Source of the DNA: an uncultured Spirochaetales bacterium
Lineage (GTDB): Bacteria; Myxococcota_A; UBA9160; UBA6930
Direction: 5' to 3'
Length of the DNA: 64,000 bases
Assembly (NCBI GenBank): GCA_964615365.1
Contig: CAZTOU010000016.1
Coordinates: 28,277 to 92,276 of the forward strand
Part shown: positions 9,557 to 19,269 of the stretch, piece after piece
Layout of the letters: the number at the start of each line of letters is the position of its first letter
Position numbering within the stretch: the stretch's first letter is position 1
The notes under the pieces: model-generated
Databases searched by the model: none
Told to the model about the DNA's origin: nothing
The model's input: the letters and a program-made list of their open reading frames with translations, nothing else
Position numbers and translations under genes: made by a program

Positions 9557-10444
9557 TTGAGGCGCCATTCCGCGGAAAGAGACTGCAACGGTGGTCGCGG
9601 GGGCATCGGAAGATTCCTCGAGACCCTGTTCGCTGGAATCCCCTGGAGCGAGCGCGCCGAGCAGACCGAGACGATTGAGCTTCCCCGCCCTCCCGGGGGG
9701 AACCTCCGCATCGACAACGCCAACGGCCGCACTCGCATCGTCGGCGAAGAACGGAGCGACATCGAGATCCAGCTCAGCAAGGCCGCTCGAGCGGAGTCCG
9801 AGGAGCAGGCGCAGGAGCTGCTCCGCGCGATCCGCGTGGTGTCCACCGAGGACGCCGCCGGAGACATGACTCTCGACGTCGAGATCCCCGGCCGCTGGAA
9901 CCGGCGCGGACGCGTCGACATGGAGCTGCACATCCCCCGCGAGCTCAAGGTCGAGGTGACCGCCGCCAATGGGAAGATCTGCGTGCAAGGTCTCCGGGGC
10001 GGGGTCCGTGCCCGTTCCAGTAACGGTGCGGTGCGCATCGAGGACGTGGTCGGCGACGTGGAGATCCACACCTCCAACGCCAAGGTCGCGACGATCTGCA
10101 CCTGCGGCCACGTGGCGGCCCGCTCCAGCAACGGAAAGATCGAGCTCGAGAATCATCGCGGCTCGGTCGATGCAGCCACCTCGAACGGGACCATCCACTG
10201 CGAGCTCGAGGACCTCGGGAAATCCGGGGTCGTCCTGTCGACCAGCAACGGACGCATCATCCTCGATCTCCCCGAAGACGCCGACGGCGACGTCGACGTC
10301 CGCGTGGACAACGGACTGATCCGCAACGCCAGGGAGCTCGACCCCCCCTCCCGAGAACGCAGCGGACGGATGAAGGGGACGCTCGGGCGCGGAGGCATTC
10401 CGATCCGGCTCCGCGCGTCCAACGGCACCATCTCGATTCGTTGA
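9557..10444 (+). CDS. DUF4097-like beta-strand repeat protein (putative adhesin fold)
   Basis: Repeated 'xxSNGxIxxE' strands ('SSNGAVRIED', 'SSNGKIELEN', 'TSNGTIHCEL', 'TSNGRIILDL', 'ASNGTISIR'). TTG start and no obvious signal peptide. Confidence 0.6.
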   Translation: MRRHSAERDCNGGRGGIGRFLETLFAGIPWSERAEQTETIELPRPPGGNLRIDNANGRTRIVGEERSDIEIQLSKAARAESEEQAQELLRAIRVVSTEDAAGDMTLDVEIPGRWNRRGRVDMELHIPRELKVEVTAANGKICVQGLRGGVRARSSNGAVRIEDVVGDVEIHTSNAKVATICTCGHVAARSSNGKIELENHRGSVDAATSNGTIHCELEDLGKSGVVLSTSNGRIILDLPEDADGDVDVRVDNGLIRNARELDPPSRERSGRMKGTLGRGGIPIRLRASNGTISIR

Positions 10445-10466
10445 GGCGATCGGATCCCGCGCCGCC

Positions 10467-10958
10467 TTACCCGCCGAGTGCGACGATCTCGGAGGAGATT
10501 CCGTCGCTGCCGACCCGCAGCCGACCGACGGATCGCTGTCGGCCCAGACCCGGCGGACCCGAGTAGCCGGGATTGAAGTAGAGTCGGCCGTTTCGTCGGG
10601 TGTTGTCCGCCACGTGGGTGTGTCCGTAGACGAGCACGTGGGGATCCCACTCGCCGATCTCCCGCTCCACCTTGGGGTGTACGCTTCCCCAGTTGTCGTA
10701 CCAGTGGCACAGCAGCAGGCGCGCGCCGGCCACCTCGACCCGCTGCTCCCAGGGGTAGCGACCGGCGAGGTCCGGATCTCCGTTGCCGACCACCGCCACC
10801 ACCGGCGCCACGGCGCGGAGTCGATCGAGGAGCGATTCGCCACCGATGTCGCCGGCGTGCAGGATCAGCTCCGCATCGGAGAGGACCTCGAGGGTTTCAT
10901 CGCAGAGGTGCCCGTGGCTGTCTGCCAGCACGCAGACGCGAAGCTGCGCCCCACTCAC
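10467..10958 (-). CDS. Metallophosphoesterase, YfcE/MJ0936 family
   Basis: Motifs 'LADSHG', 'HAGDIG', 'GNGD' and 'GHTH'. The GTG start overlaps the upstream stop as GTGA. Confidence 0.8.
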   Translation of the reverse strand: MSGAQLRVCVLADSHGHLCDETLEVLSDAELILHAGDIGGESLLDRLRAVAPVVAVVGNGDPDLAGRYPWEQRVEVAGARLLLCHWYDNWGSVHPKVEREIGEWDPHVLVYGHTHVADNTRRNGRLYFNPGYSGPPGLGRQRSVGRLRVGSDGISSEIVALGG

Positions 10959-11722
10959 CGCCCGCCGCCGACCTTGCGATGGAGCTTCTCTCCGCCGTGC
11001 AGGAAGAGGACGCCGGAGGGCTTGATCTCGGCGACCACCAGGGTCCCCACCGCATCGCCCTCGTGGAGCTCGAGCGTTCCCTCGTGACCTTCCACCTCGA
11101 TCCGTGCCACCCGGCGCGCGGGGGTCGGATGCCAGATGGTCTTCTCGACCGTCACCTTCGGCGGGCGAACCGTCGCGACGCGGGCGGGCGCGGGTGCGGG
11201 CGGCGCCGGTGCGGGGCGCGAGGGCTGGACCTCTGGCTCGGCCGCCGGAGGCGGAGACACGGCGGCAGCCGGGAGGGGCTCCGCGATCCGCTCGGAAGGC
11301 GCCGGCGTCTTCGCGAGCCAGCCAGGCGGTGGCGCCGCGACCTCCTCGGGTGGCGGTGAGACCTCGACCCGCTCCACTGGCGGGGTGGGGTGGGCCGCGG
11401 CGATCTGCTCCTCGCTCCTCGGCGCGGGCTGGTGCGCCGGCCGGGAAGAGATCTCGGAGACCGGCTCGGGAGGCGCGGCGACCGCGGGCGGCAGCTGCGC
11501 GGTGGGCTTCGAGACCTCCTCGGAGGGGATCATTCGCCAGATAAAGAACCCGAACAGGAGCACGGCGAGCAGTGAGATGATACCGAGCCGCCAGTAGCCT
11601 CTTCGCTCCCGCACCAGGGGTTCGCCCGGGCGAACCACGCCCTCGCGAAGCCCGCCCATCTCGCCGCCATCGGCGCCCGTCTCTCCCTCGACGCGCTGAA
11701 GCGCCCGGAGAATCGTGCTCAC
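10955..11722 (-). CDS. GspB/ExeB-like type II secretion accessory protein (Pro-rich periplasmic linker)
   Basis: N-terminus 'STILRALQRVE' resembles the GspB 'SYILDALKKSE' start. It has a single TM helix ('LGIISLLAVLLFGFFIW') and a Pro/Ala-rich linker. GTG 11722 overlaps the exeA stop as GTGA. The longer track ORF to 11935 overlaps exeA. Confidence 0.5.
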   Translation of the reverse strand: MSTILRALQRVEGETGADGGEMGGLREGVVRPGEPLVRERRGYWRLGIISLLAVLLFGFFIWRMIPSEEVSKPTAQLPPAVAAPPEPVSEISSRPAHQPAPRSEEQIAAAHPTPPVERVEVSPPPEEVAAPPPGWLAKTPAPSERIAEPLPAAAVSPPPAAEPEVQPSRPAPAPPAPAPARVATVRPPKVTVEKTIWHPTPARRVARIEVEGHEGTLELHEGDAVGTLVVAEIKPSGVLFLHGGEKLHRKVGGGR

Positions 11723-13590
11723 CCGGTCTCCTCGTCGAGTGGCCTGAGTCGCGGAACTCGGTAGTCCCCGAGCCGCTCGTAGAGCCTCATCTTCGTCACC
11801 CGCCCCACCGTGCCGTCCACGCCGACCCGCAGGCTCGCCTGGAAAGCGCGCACCCCTGCGATGGTGGCGGCGTCGAACTCCCCGGTCGGGGCGCCGGTGT
11901 AGAAGCCCAGACGGCCGAGCACCAGCTGGAGCCAAACCACCGGATCGCCATCGAGCGGCGGCCGAAGGATCTCGGGCAGCTCCTCGAAATCTCGCCAGGC
12001 GACCCAGGCCTCGCCACCCCAGTACCGCTCCACCTCGGCGAGCGGGAAGCGCAGCGGCCGGCCGTCGCGGATCCCGGCGAGCAGCGCGTCTCCGCCTTCG
12101 AGCCCTCCGAGCAACACGAAGCGCGGCATTCCGTCGAGCGCAGAGAGCTCGAGGATCACCGGATAGTTGAACTGCTGGAGCGTTGCGATGGACGCTCCGC
12201 TGAGCTGCAGGACCGCCAGCCCTCTGCTCTCCAGGATCTCGAGCGCCTGGCCGAGGGACATGAGCTCGGTCACCGTCGGAGCCTCCTCCCAGGTGGCGAG
12301 CAGTGCGTTCAGCGAGCCGGCGGTGGTGACTGCCGGAGAGCTCCGCGCGAGCAGGGTGGCCAGATCGGCGGGAGGCAGCGCGACGCTCGGGTCCTCCGCC
12401 GGAGGCGGAATCGCCGCGACCTCGATCGGCTCCACTTCCAGCTCGAGAGAGTCCGCGCTCTCTTCTCTCGCCGCCCTCGATGCATCCCGGGGCGGTGCGA
12501 CCTCCTCGGCGAAGGTCTCGTCGGGAGCCCTGGGGCTCCCAAGGGCGGGCAGAACCGGCCCGGCTCCCACGTCCGGCGGCGAGGCGCCGAGCTGCGGGGG
12601 AGGCGCGGAAACCGCAGGGGGCGGCGAGGAGAGTTCGATGCCGCCAGGGCCGCTCAAGCTCTGCCAGAACAGGCCGGCGAGGAGCCCGATCCCGAGCAGG
12701 AAGGCCGCCGGGACCGCCCGCCGAAGCGGCGGCGGAAGAATCCGATCGAAGCGGCTGGACGTCGCGGACGTGGGGAGGCCGCGGGCACCGCCGCGAAGCT
12801 CCTTCTCCGTCTGCGTCACCAGCCCCAGGCCGATGCCCTTCGCACCTGCGGCGTAGCCGGCCAGAAGCGCCCGGTCACAGAGGAGATTGATGATCCGGGG
12901 GATCCCCTGGGAGCGCCGATGGATCTCGCGCAGGGCGAGCTCCGTGAAGAGATCTCGCGGCGCGCCGGCAGCGATGCGGAGTCGATGGCGCACGTACTCC
13001 CGCGTCTCGAGGGTCGAGAGCGGAGCGAGACGCCAGCGCACGCTGATCCGCTGGCACAGCTGCCGCAAGCTCGGCTGCTCGAGGATGGTATCGAGCTCCG
13101 GCTGACCGATCAGGATGATCTGGATCAGCTTCGCCGTGTTGGTCTCCAGGTTGGAGAGCAACCGCACCTGTTCGAGGGCATCCGGAGCGAGGTTCTGCGC
13201 CTCGTCGACGATCAGCAGCACGCGGTGGTCTTCCTGCCGCTTGGCCAGCAGGAAGCGATTCAGATGTTCGGTGAGCTCGCGACGAGTGCGGTCTCCGGTC
13301 TCGAGACCCAGCTCGGCGCTGATCGCCTGGAGAAGCTCGAGTGCGGAGAGCTGGGGGTTGAAGATGAATGCGACCTCGGTCCCGGGCTCGATGCGCTGTA
13401 GCATCGTTCGACACAGAGTCGTCTTTCCGGTCCCGACCTCCCCGGTGATGGCGATGAACCCCTCGCCCTGCTCGATCCCGTAGAGCAGGTGAGCCAGGGC
13501 CTCTCGGTGGGAATCGGCCAGGTACAGGTAGCGAGGGTCGGGACTCAGCGAGAACGGCTTTTCGCGCAGCCCGTAGAACTGGGTATACAT
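11719..13590 (-). CDS. exeA: ExeA/GspA-family AAA ATPase with C-terminal peptidoglycan-binding domain
   Basis: 623-aa ORF with 'FYGLREKPFSLSPDPRYLY', Walker A 'GEVGTGKTT' and Walker B 'LLIVDEAQ'. It has a TM segment and a Pro-rich linker. The C-terminal 'LGFYTGAPTGEFDAATIAGVRAFQ' is PG_binding_1-like. Confidence 0.85.
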   Translation of the reverse strand: MYTQFYGLREKPFSLSPDPRYLYLADSHREALAHLLYGIEQGEGFIAITGEVGTGKTTLCRTMLQRIEPGTEVAFIFNPQLSALELLQAISAELGLETGDRTRRELTEHLNRFLLAKRQEDHRVLLIVDEAQNLAPDALEQVRLLSNLETNTAKLIQIILIGQPELDTILEQPSLRQLCQRISVRWRLAPLSTLETREYVRHRLRIAAGAPRDLFTELALREIHRRSQGIPRIINLLCDRALLAGYAAGAKGIGLGLVTQTEKELRGGARGLPTSATSSRFDRILPPPLRRAVPAAFLLGIGLLAGLFWQSLSGPGGIELSSPPPAVSAPPPQLGASPPDVGAGPVLPALGSPRAPDETFAEEVAPPRDASRAAREESADSLELEVEPIEVAAIPPPAEDPSVALPPADLATLLARSSPAVTTAGSLNALLATWEEAPTVTELMSLGQALEILESRGLAVLQLSGASIATLQQFNYPVILELSALDGMPRFVLLGGLEGGDALLAGIRDGRPLRFPLAEVERYWGGEAWVAWRDFEELPEILRPPLDGDPVVWLQLVLGRLGFYTGAPTGEFDAATIAGVRAFQASLRVGVDGTVGRVTKMRLYERLGDYRVPRLRPLDEETG

Positions 13591-13643
13591 CGGTGGGCAG
13601 GTCCTGGGATGTAGCTAAGCTCCTGAAACGGAAAGAGTATCAA

Positions 13644-14486
13644 TTGGTAGAGCCCTCGAACACAGTGATCGGCGTGGATGCGGGCGCGACGCTGGTGAAG
13701 ATCGCGACGCGATCCCCGGAGGGGACACTCAGCTACGAGCTGGCGCCGGCGATGGCGCTCTCGGAGGTGGTGGAGACGATCGAGGCCGCGGGACCCGAGA
13801 GGGTGGGTCTCACCGGAGGCGGCGCGTCGAAGCTCGAGCAGCAGCTCGGCCTTCCGACGCTACGCGTCAATGAGTTCGCCGCCTGGGGCAACGGCGCCGC
13901 CGAGCTGCTCGAGGGTCTCGCGCTGGGCTTCGCGAGGCGATACCTGCTGGTTTCGCTGGGGACGGGAACCTCGGTGATGCTGGTGGACGGCATGGCGGTG
14001 AATCGGATCGGCGGAACCGCCCTGGGAGGCGGAACGGTGGTGGGACTCGGCGCAGCCTTGCTGGATCGCTCCGACTTCTCCGAGATCGCGGCCCTGGCCG
14101 AGAACGGCGATCGGAGAAGGGTGGATCTGCTGGTCTCGGACATCTACCGACCCGGGGAGATCCCCCTGCTCGGAGATCTGACCGCAGCGAGCTTCGGCAA
14201 GCTGGCGCGACTGGACGGTGAGCGCGAAAAGGCGGCACCCGAGGATCTCGCCCACGCGGTGATGGGACTGGTGGGAGAGAACGTGGCCTTGATCTGCGCG
14301 GGTCTGGGAGCCGCCCACCAGGTCGACCGGGTGGTGTTCGGAGGCTCGACGCTGCGGAAGAACCGCACGCTTCGGGAGGTGCTGAAGCTGATCACCTCCG
14401 CACTGGGTCCCGAGGCGGTCTTCCTCCCGGACGGCGAGTTCGCGGGCGCGCTCGGCGCTCTCCGTCTGGCCTGCGACCGGAGCTAG
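13644..14486 (+). CDS. Type II pantothenate kinase-like (fumble/ASKHA-fold) protein
   Basis: 'VIGVDAGATLVKIA' phosphate-1 motif, 'VSLGTGTS' and 'RIGGTALGGGT'. TTG 13644 is preceded by GGAAAGAG. Track ORF start 13593 would lie 2 nt from the divergent exeA start. Confidence 0.55.
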   Translation: MVEPSNTVIGVDAGATLVKIATRSPEGTLSYELAPAMALSEVVETIEAAGPERVGLTGGGASKLEQQLGLPTLRVNEFAAWGNGAAELLEGLALGFARRYLLVSLGTGTSVMLVDGMAVNRIGGTALGGGTVVGLGAALLDRSDFSEIAALAENGDRRRVDLLVSDIYRPGEIPLLGDLTAASFGKLARLDGEREKAAPEDLAHAVMGLVGENVALICAGLGAAHQVDRVVFGGSTLRKNRTLREVLKLITSALGPEAVFLPDGEFAGALGALRLACDRS

Positions 14487-14496
14487 CCACGGGGGC

Positions 14497-15744
14497 TCAG
14501 GTCTTGGGGACCGGCTCGGTCGGCTCCTCGTTGCTGCGCGAGAGATCACGCAGCACCCGCTGAGTTCGCGCGATGGCGGCGCGCTGCACGCGCAGCTCCT
14601 CGGTCTGGGCCGCCACCTGCCGCGAGAGACGGTCGCTCACATCGACCACCTCCTCCAGGCGTTGCTCCAAGCGGGAGAACCGCTCTTCGGCCTCCGGGCT
14701 CGCGCCGGAACCCGGAGAGGGCTCGACGGCTGGCGGGGCTTCCGGAGCCTCTTCCGGAGCCGTCACCGGCGATTCGCCCTGCGCCTCCTCCGACGGCTCG
14801 GTCGCCTCCTCCGGCTCATCGAAGAGCGAGGCCTCCCCGACGACCTCACCCTCCGCGGCCGCGTCGCCCACCTCCTCCTCATCGGGCTGCGCTGCGGCCT
14901 CGGACTGCTCGTCGACGGAGAAGGGCTCCCCCGCGGCGAAGGGCGTGATCGGCTCCTCCGCCCCCGCAGCGCCTCGGTGGCGCATGATGACGAAGGCGAG
15001 AACGAAGGCGAGGACCAGGGCGAGCACGGCGCCGAGAACGAGCGGCTGGTTGAGCGGAGCGGGCAGCCCGTCCAGAGTGCCCTTCTCCGCCGCCGGAGAC
15101 GGAGGGACGGCGACGCGCGCCGGCGGCCTCGCGCGCTGCGGCGGTGTGGGCGCCGGCGTCCTCACCTCTTCCTCGACGTCCACCACCGCTCCCGGATCCG
15201 GCTCCGGGACAGCGGTGGGGGCGGCTGCTTCCACCCCTCCCGCATCGGTCTCCTCGGCGGCGGGCGCCGCCGGTTCGGGGGTCGCTTCCGCCGCGGGCTC
15301 GGGGCTCGGAGCCGGCGGAGCGGGGGCCTCCGGCGTCGCCGCGGTCTCGGGCGCCGCACGCAGGTCCAGAACCACGCGATCCGGCTCGCGGAGGACGAGC
15401 TTCTTCACCTCCACCGGACCACGTAGGGCGATGTGAATCCGGCTGGAGCCGGCATCGGCGGACTTCACCCGCACCCACCGGAGGTGCGCGCTCCTCGCCG
15501 AAGCGACCATCTTCTCGCCACTTCCGGCGGCGAGGCGAAGAACCAGCTCCTCGCTTCCGGAAGACTCGATCTCGCAGGAAACTGCGGCGTCGCTCTCCAG
15601 GACGACGCGGGTGTACTCGTCGTGCACTCCGATCCGCACGTCGACCAGGTTCGCAGCGCTCCCTGGAAGAGCCGCGAGAAACACGACTGCGGCTCCGAGA
15701 ATGAAGAAAAGCCCTCTCGATTTCTGCACGGTGGACTGGCTCAC
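14497..15744 (-). CDS. AMIN-domain bitopic membrane protein with Pro/Ala/Glu-rich regions and a C-terminal coiled coil
   Basis: GTG 15744 overlaps the upstream stop as GTGA. Signal/anchor 'GLFFILGAAVVFLAALPG'. AMIN-like 'VDVRIGVHDEYTRVVLE...VVLDL'. A central TM helix 'LVLGAVLALVLAFVLAFVIM' is followed by an acidic tail. Confidence 0.6.
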   Translation of the reverse strand: MSQSTVQKSRGLFFILGAAVVFLAALPGSAANLVDVRIGVHDEYTRVVLESDAAVSCEIESSGSEELVLRLAAGSGEKMVASARSAHLRWVRVKSADAGSSRIHIALRGPVEVKKLVLREPDRVVLDLRAAPETAATPEAPAPPAPSPEPAAEATPEPAAPAAEETDAGGVEAAAPTAVPEPDPGAVVDVEEEVRTPAPTPPQRARPPARVAVPPSPAAEKGTLDGLPAPLNQPLVLGAVLALVLAFVLAFVIMRHRGAAGAEEPITPFAAGEPFSVDEQSEAAAQPDEEEVGDAAAEGEVVGEASLFDEPEEATEPSEEAQGESPVTAPEEAPEAPPAVEPSPGSGASPEAEERFSRLEQRLEEVVDVSDRLSRQVAAQTEELRVQRAAIARTQRVLRDLSRSNEEPTEPVPKT

Positions 15745-16538
15745 CGGCGCACCCCCCTGTCCTGCCCGCCAGCGGCCGCTCCCGCGAACAGTCCGCAGAG
15801 AGTTTCGATGGCCTGCAGGATGCGCGGACCGTACCACGACACGAGCGTACCGTCGATCAGATGGATCTCGCCGGTGTGGGCTGCGGGGATGTCGAGCGCG
15901 CCAAGCTCCTGAGCATCCCTCTGTCCGAAGGCATACGGCTCGTCGGGCAGCAGGACGAGCTCCGGCCGGGCTGCTTCGATCTCCGCCTGCGTCACGCGCG
16001 GATAGCGCCGCTGGCTCACACCGGCGAAGACGTTCTCTCCACCGCATAGTGTGAGGAGATCGTGAGCGTAGGTGTCGTCGCCGACGACCATCCACGGATC
16101 CCGCCAGATCGGGCAGGTGACCCGAACCCGTCGCTCGGAACGCTCTCCCTCGGCCCGCTCGAGCGCGGCCGAGGCCGGATCCACCACCGCGCGCCGGCTC
16201 TCCTCGGATGCGCCCAGGTCGGCCAGCGCGCCCAGCAGCGCGACCGCATCGCGAACCGTTCGCGGGTGGGTCACCCACACCGGGATCCCGGCGGACTCCA
16301 GGCGCTCCACGTCGCGACGCCGGTTCTCTTCGCGGTTGGCGATGACCAGATCCGGGCGCAGCGCGATGATGGAGGGGACGTCGGGGTTCTTGGTGCCCCC
16401 GATCTTCGGGAGAGGAGCCACTCCCTCGGCGGGATGCACGCACCACTCCGTCACCCCGACCACCCGCTCGCCCAGTCCCAGCGCAAAGAGCGCCTCGGTC
16501 AAGCTCGGAACCAGCGAGACGATCCGCTGCGGCGTCAC
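15741..16538 (-). CDS. BtuF/TroA-like (Peripla_BP_2 class) binding protein without a signal peptide
   Basis: 'RIVSLVPSLTEALFALGLGERVVGVT' and 'RPDLVIAN' are typical of cobalamin/siderophore-binding proteins. GTG 16538 overlaps the ArsA-like stop as GTGA. The rest of track ORF 15741..18482 is an Arg-rich shadow over the ATPase genes. Confidence 0.75.
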   Translation of the reverse strand: MTPQRIVSLVPSLTEALFALGLGERVVGVTEWCVHPAEGVAPLPKIGGTKNPDVPSIIALRPDLVIANREENRRRDVERLESAGIPVWVTHPRTVRDAVALLGALADLGASEESRRAVVDPASAALERAEGERSERRVRVTCPIWRDPWMVVGDDTYAHDLLTLCGGENVFAGVSQRRYPRVTQAEIEAARPELVLLPDEPYAFGQRDAQELGALDIPAAHTGEIHLIDGTLVSWYGPRILQAIETLCGLFAGAAAGGQDRGVRR

Positions 16539-17692
16539 CCGAAGTCGACCTCCAGCACGCCTTCGCGCAGCCGCGCCCGGCGAATCGGGAGACCCCGGAC
16601 GGAGGCGGGGAGGGCGATCCACCGCGAGGCGTTCCGCACCTGCACGACGAGATCCGAGCCCCGAGTGACCACCTCGATCTCCTCCTTCGAGACGCCGGGG
16701 AGATCGACCTCGAGGCGGGTGCGTCCCGCATGCTTCCGCAGGCGGATCGGCCGGCCGTGCGTGAACACGGCGGCGGGATCGCGATCCCCGAAGACGTCCC
16801 GGGCCAGACGGGAGAGATCCTCGATGCCGCACAGCTCGTGGGGATAGAGGGGCGCCCGGAACTGCGGGATGGGAAAGGAGGCTTCGATCGAATCCAGCTC
16901 GCCGCGTTCGCGCTCGGCCCAGCGCGCCAGAAAGCCGCCGGCGGCCTCCTCCGGGAGCAGCCGGTTGACCACCACTGCATCGGTCGCGACGCCGTAGAGA
17001 CTCAGATAGGCGAAGGAGCGACGCGTCTCCTCCACCACCACGCGGGCCGGATTCACCACCAGCCGCGCCGTGGTCCGATCGCCGTCCAGGAGGATATGAC
17101 GCACGTCCTCCACGTCGGAGTAGAGTCGCTCGATGGCCTCGAAGAACTCGTCCCGGGGAATCACGCCGGTGGCGTGAATCCGCTCCACCAGGGGGCGCAG
17201 CAGTCGAGCACCCCGACGCTCCAGGTCGAAGAAGTTCTCCATGAAGATGCGCAGGGCGTCCGGAAAGCGGAGCATGCGCAGCGTCGCGCCGGTGGGTGCG
17301 CAGTCGACCACGCAGACGTCGAAGTCGCCGGTCTCTTCGACCTCTCGAATCGCCCGCAGGGCCACCAGCTCCTCGAGGCCCGGAAACACCAGGAGCTCCT
17401 CGGCGAGGACCTCGTCGGTCTCGTCCCGCAAGAGCTCCCGGAGCCAGCGCTGGATCTCCGCCCAGGAGCGATCCAGCTCGTCGAGGACGGCCACCTCCCG
17501 GGCCACCACGCCCTCGGTGAGGGACATGGGACGCGCTCCGACCCGCTGCCCCAGCGCGTCGCCCAGGCTGTGCGCGGGATCCGCCGAGAGCAGGAAGACG
17601 CGGTGGCCGTGGGCGGCCGCACCCAGGGCCGTCGCGATGGCGTGGCTGGTCTTGCCGACACCCCCCTTCCCGGTCAGGAGAATGACCCGCAC
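16535..17692 (-). CDS. ArsA/Get3-family ATPase with C-terminal HSP20-like domain (paralog 2)
   Basis: 'RVILLTGKGGVGKTS' deviant Walker A, 'SADPAHSL' and 'VVDCAPTG'. C-terminal beta-sandwich-like 'DLVVQVRN...GVLEVDF'. The GTG start immediately follows the upstream TAG. Confidence 0.85.
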   Translation of the reverse strand: MRVILLTGKGGVGKTSHAIATALGAAAHGHRVFLLSADPAHSLGDALGQRVGARPMSLTEGVVAREVAVLDELDRSWAEIQRWLRELLRDETDEVLAEELLVFPGLEELVALRAIREVEETGDFDVCVVDCAPTGATLRMLRFPDALRIFMENFFDLERRGARLLRPLVERIHATGVIPRDEFFEAIERLYSDVEDVRHILLDGDRTTARLVVNPARVVVEETRRSFAYLSLYGVATDAVVVNRLLPEEAAGGFLARWAERERGELDSIEASFPIPQFRAPLYPHELCGIEDLSRLARDVFGDRDPAAVFTHGRPIRLRKHAGRTRLEVDLPGVSKEEIEVVTRGSDLVVQVRNASRWIALPASVRGLPIRRARLREGVLEVDFG

Positions 17693-18874
<1,182 letters not shown>

Positions 18875-18887
18875 TGCCGAGACTTTA

Positions 18888-19091
18888 TCATGCCGCGGAG
18901 CTCTCCGACGCGAGCAGGACACCGACTGGCGCCATCCAGATCGGGGGGCGCTCGGTCCAGCGGTGATCGCAGCGCGGGCACTCGGCCAGCAGCACCACCC
19001 CTCGATCCACCACCTCGTCCGTCCGGATCTCGGTGAAGCCGCACACCAGGCAGCGCGTCGTGGTTCGAATCGCGGGCCTCATCTCGTCCAT
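18888..19091 (-). CDS. Small zinc-ribbon protein (CxxC...CxxC), first gene of the ArsA-like operon
   Basis: 67 aa: 'MDEMRPAIRTTTRCLVCGF...LLAECPRCDHRW'. GGAGGG lies 6 nt upstream of ATG 19091. It is the 3' part of track ORF 18888..19364. Confidence 0.5.
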   Translation of the reverse strand: MDEMRPAIRTTTRCLVCGFTEIRTDEVVDRGVVLLAECPRCDHRWTERPPIWMAPVGVLLASESSAA

Positions 19092-19151
19092 GTCGTCCCT
19101 CCGATCTCCTGGAGGCGGTGGGCGGGGGGTGACCCACCGCAACACCCATTG

Positions 19152-19181
19152 AAGCCCAGCGATGTGACGAATCCGGTCACG
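19152..19181. repeat. 30-nt motif copy 1 with dyad GTGAC-N7-GTCAC (candidate operator/regulatory site)
   Basis: AAGCCCAGCGATGTGACGAATCCGGTCACG. 26 of 30 positions are identical to 29137-29166. It lies in the divergent intergenic region between 19091(-) and 19270(+). Confidence 0.4.
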
Positions 19182-19269
19182 AGACCGCGCCCAAATCCCC
19201 CTCATCTGGGCGGTAAACCACCCCGGCGGTTCACCCGATAAGACCATCAGCTCTTCACCGGAGGTCTTC

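Noticed and set aside
11150-15400. Repetitive-looking Pro/Ala/Glu-rich DNA (about 11150-11500, 12480-12700 and 14690-15400) that could be tandem repeats
   Set aside because: These are low-complexity coding linkers of the GspB-like, ExeA and AMIN proteins. I could trace no exact tandem unit and no spacer/repeat periodicity.
15745-16980. N-terminal extensions of over-long track ORFs (14497..16980, 15741..18482, 24120..26120, 25997..27691, 35847..37520, 56567..57931, 57724..58929, 58779..59432, 62323..63522 and others)
   Set aside because: The upstream parts overlap neighbouring, well-supported genes in another frame and are Arg/Pro/Gly-rich. Internal ATG or GTG starts coincide with 4-nt stop/start overlaps or Shine-Dalgarno motifs, and with the point where homology begins.
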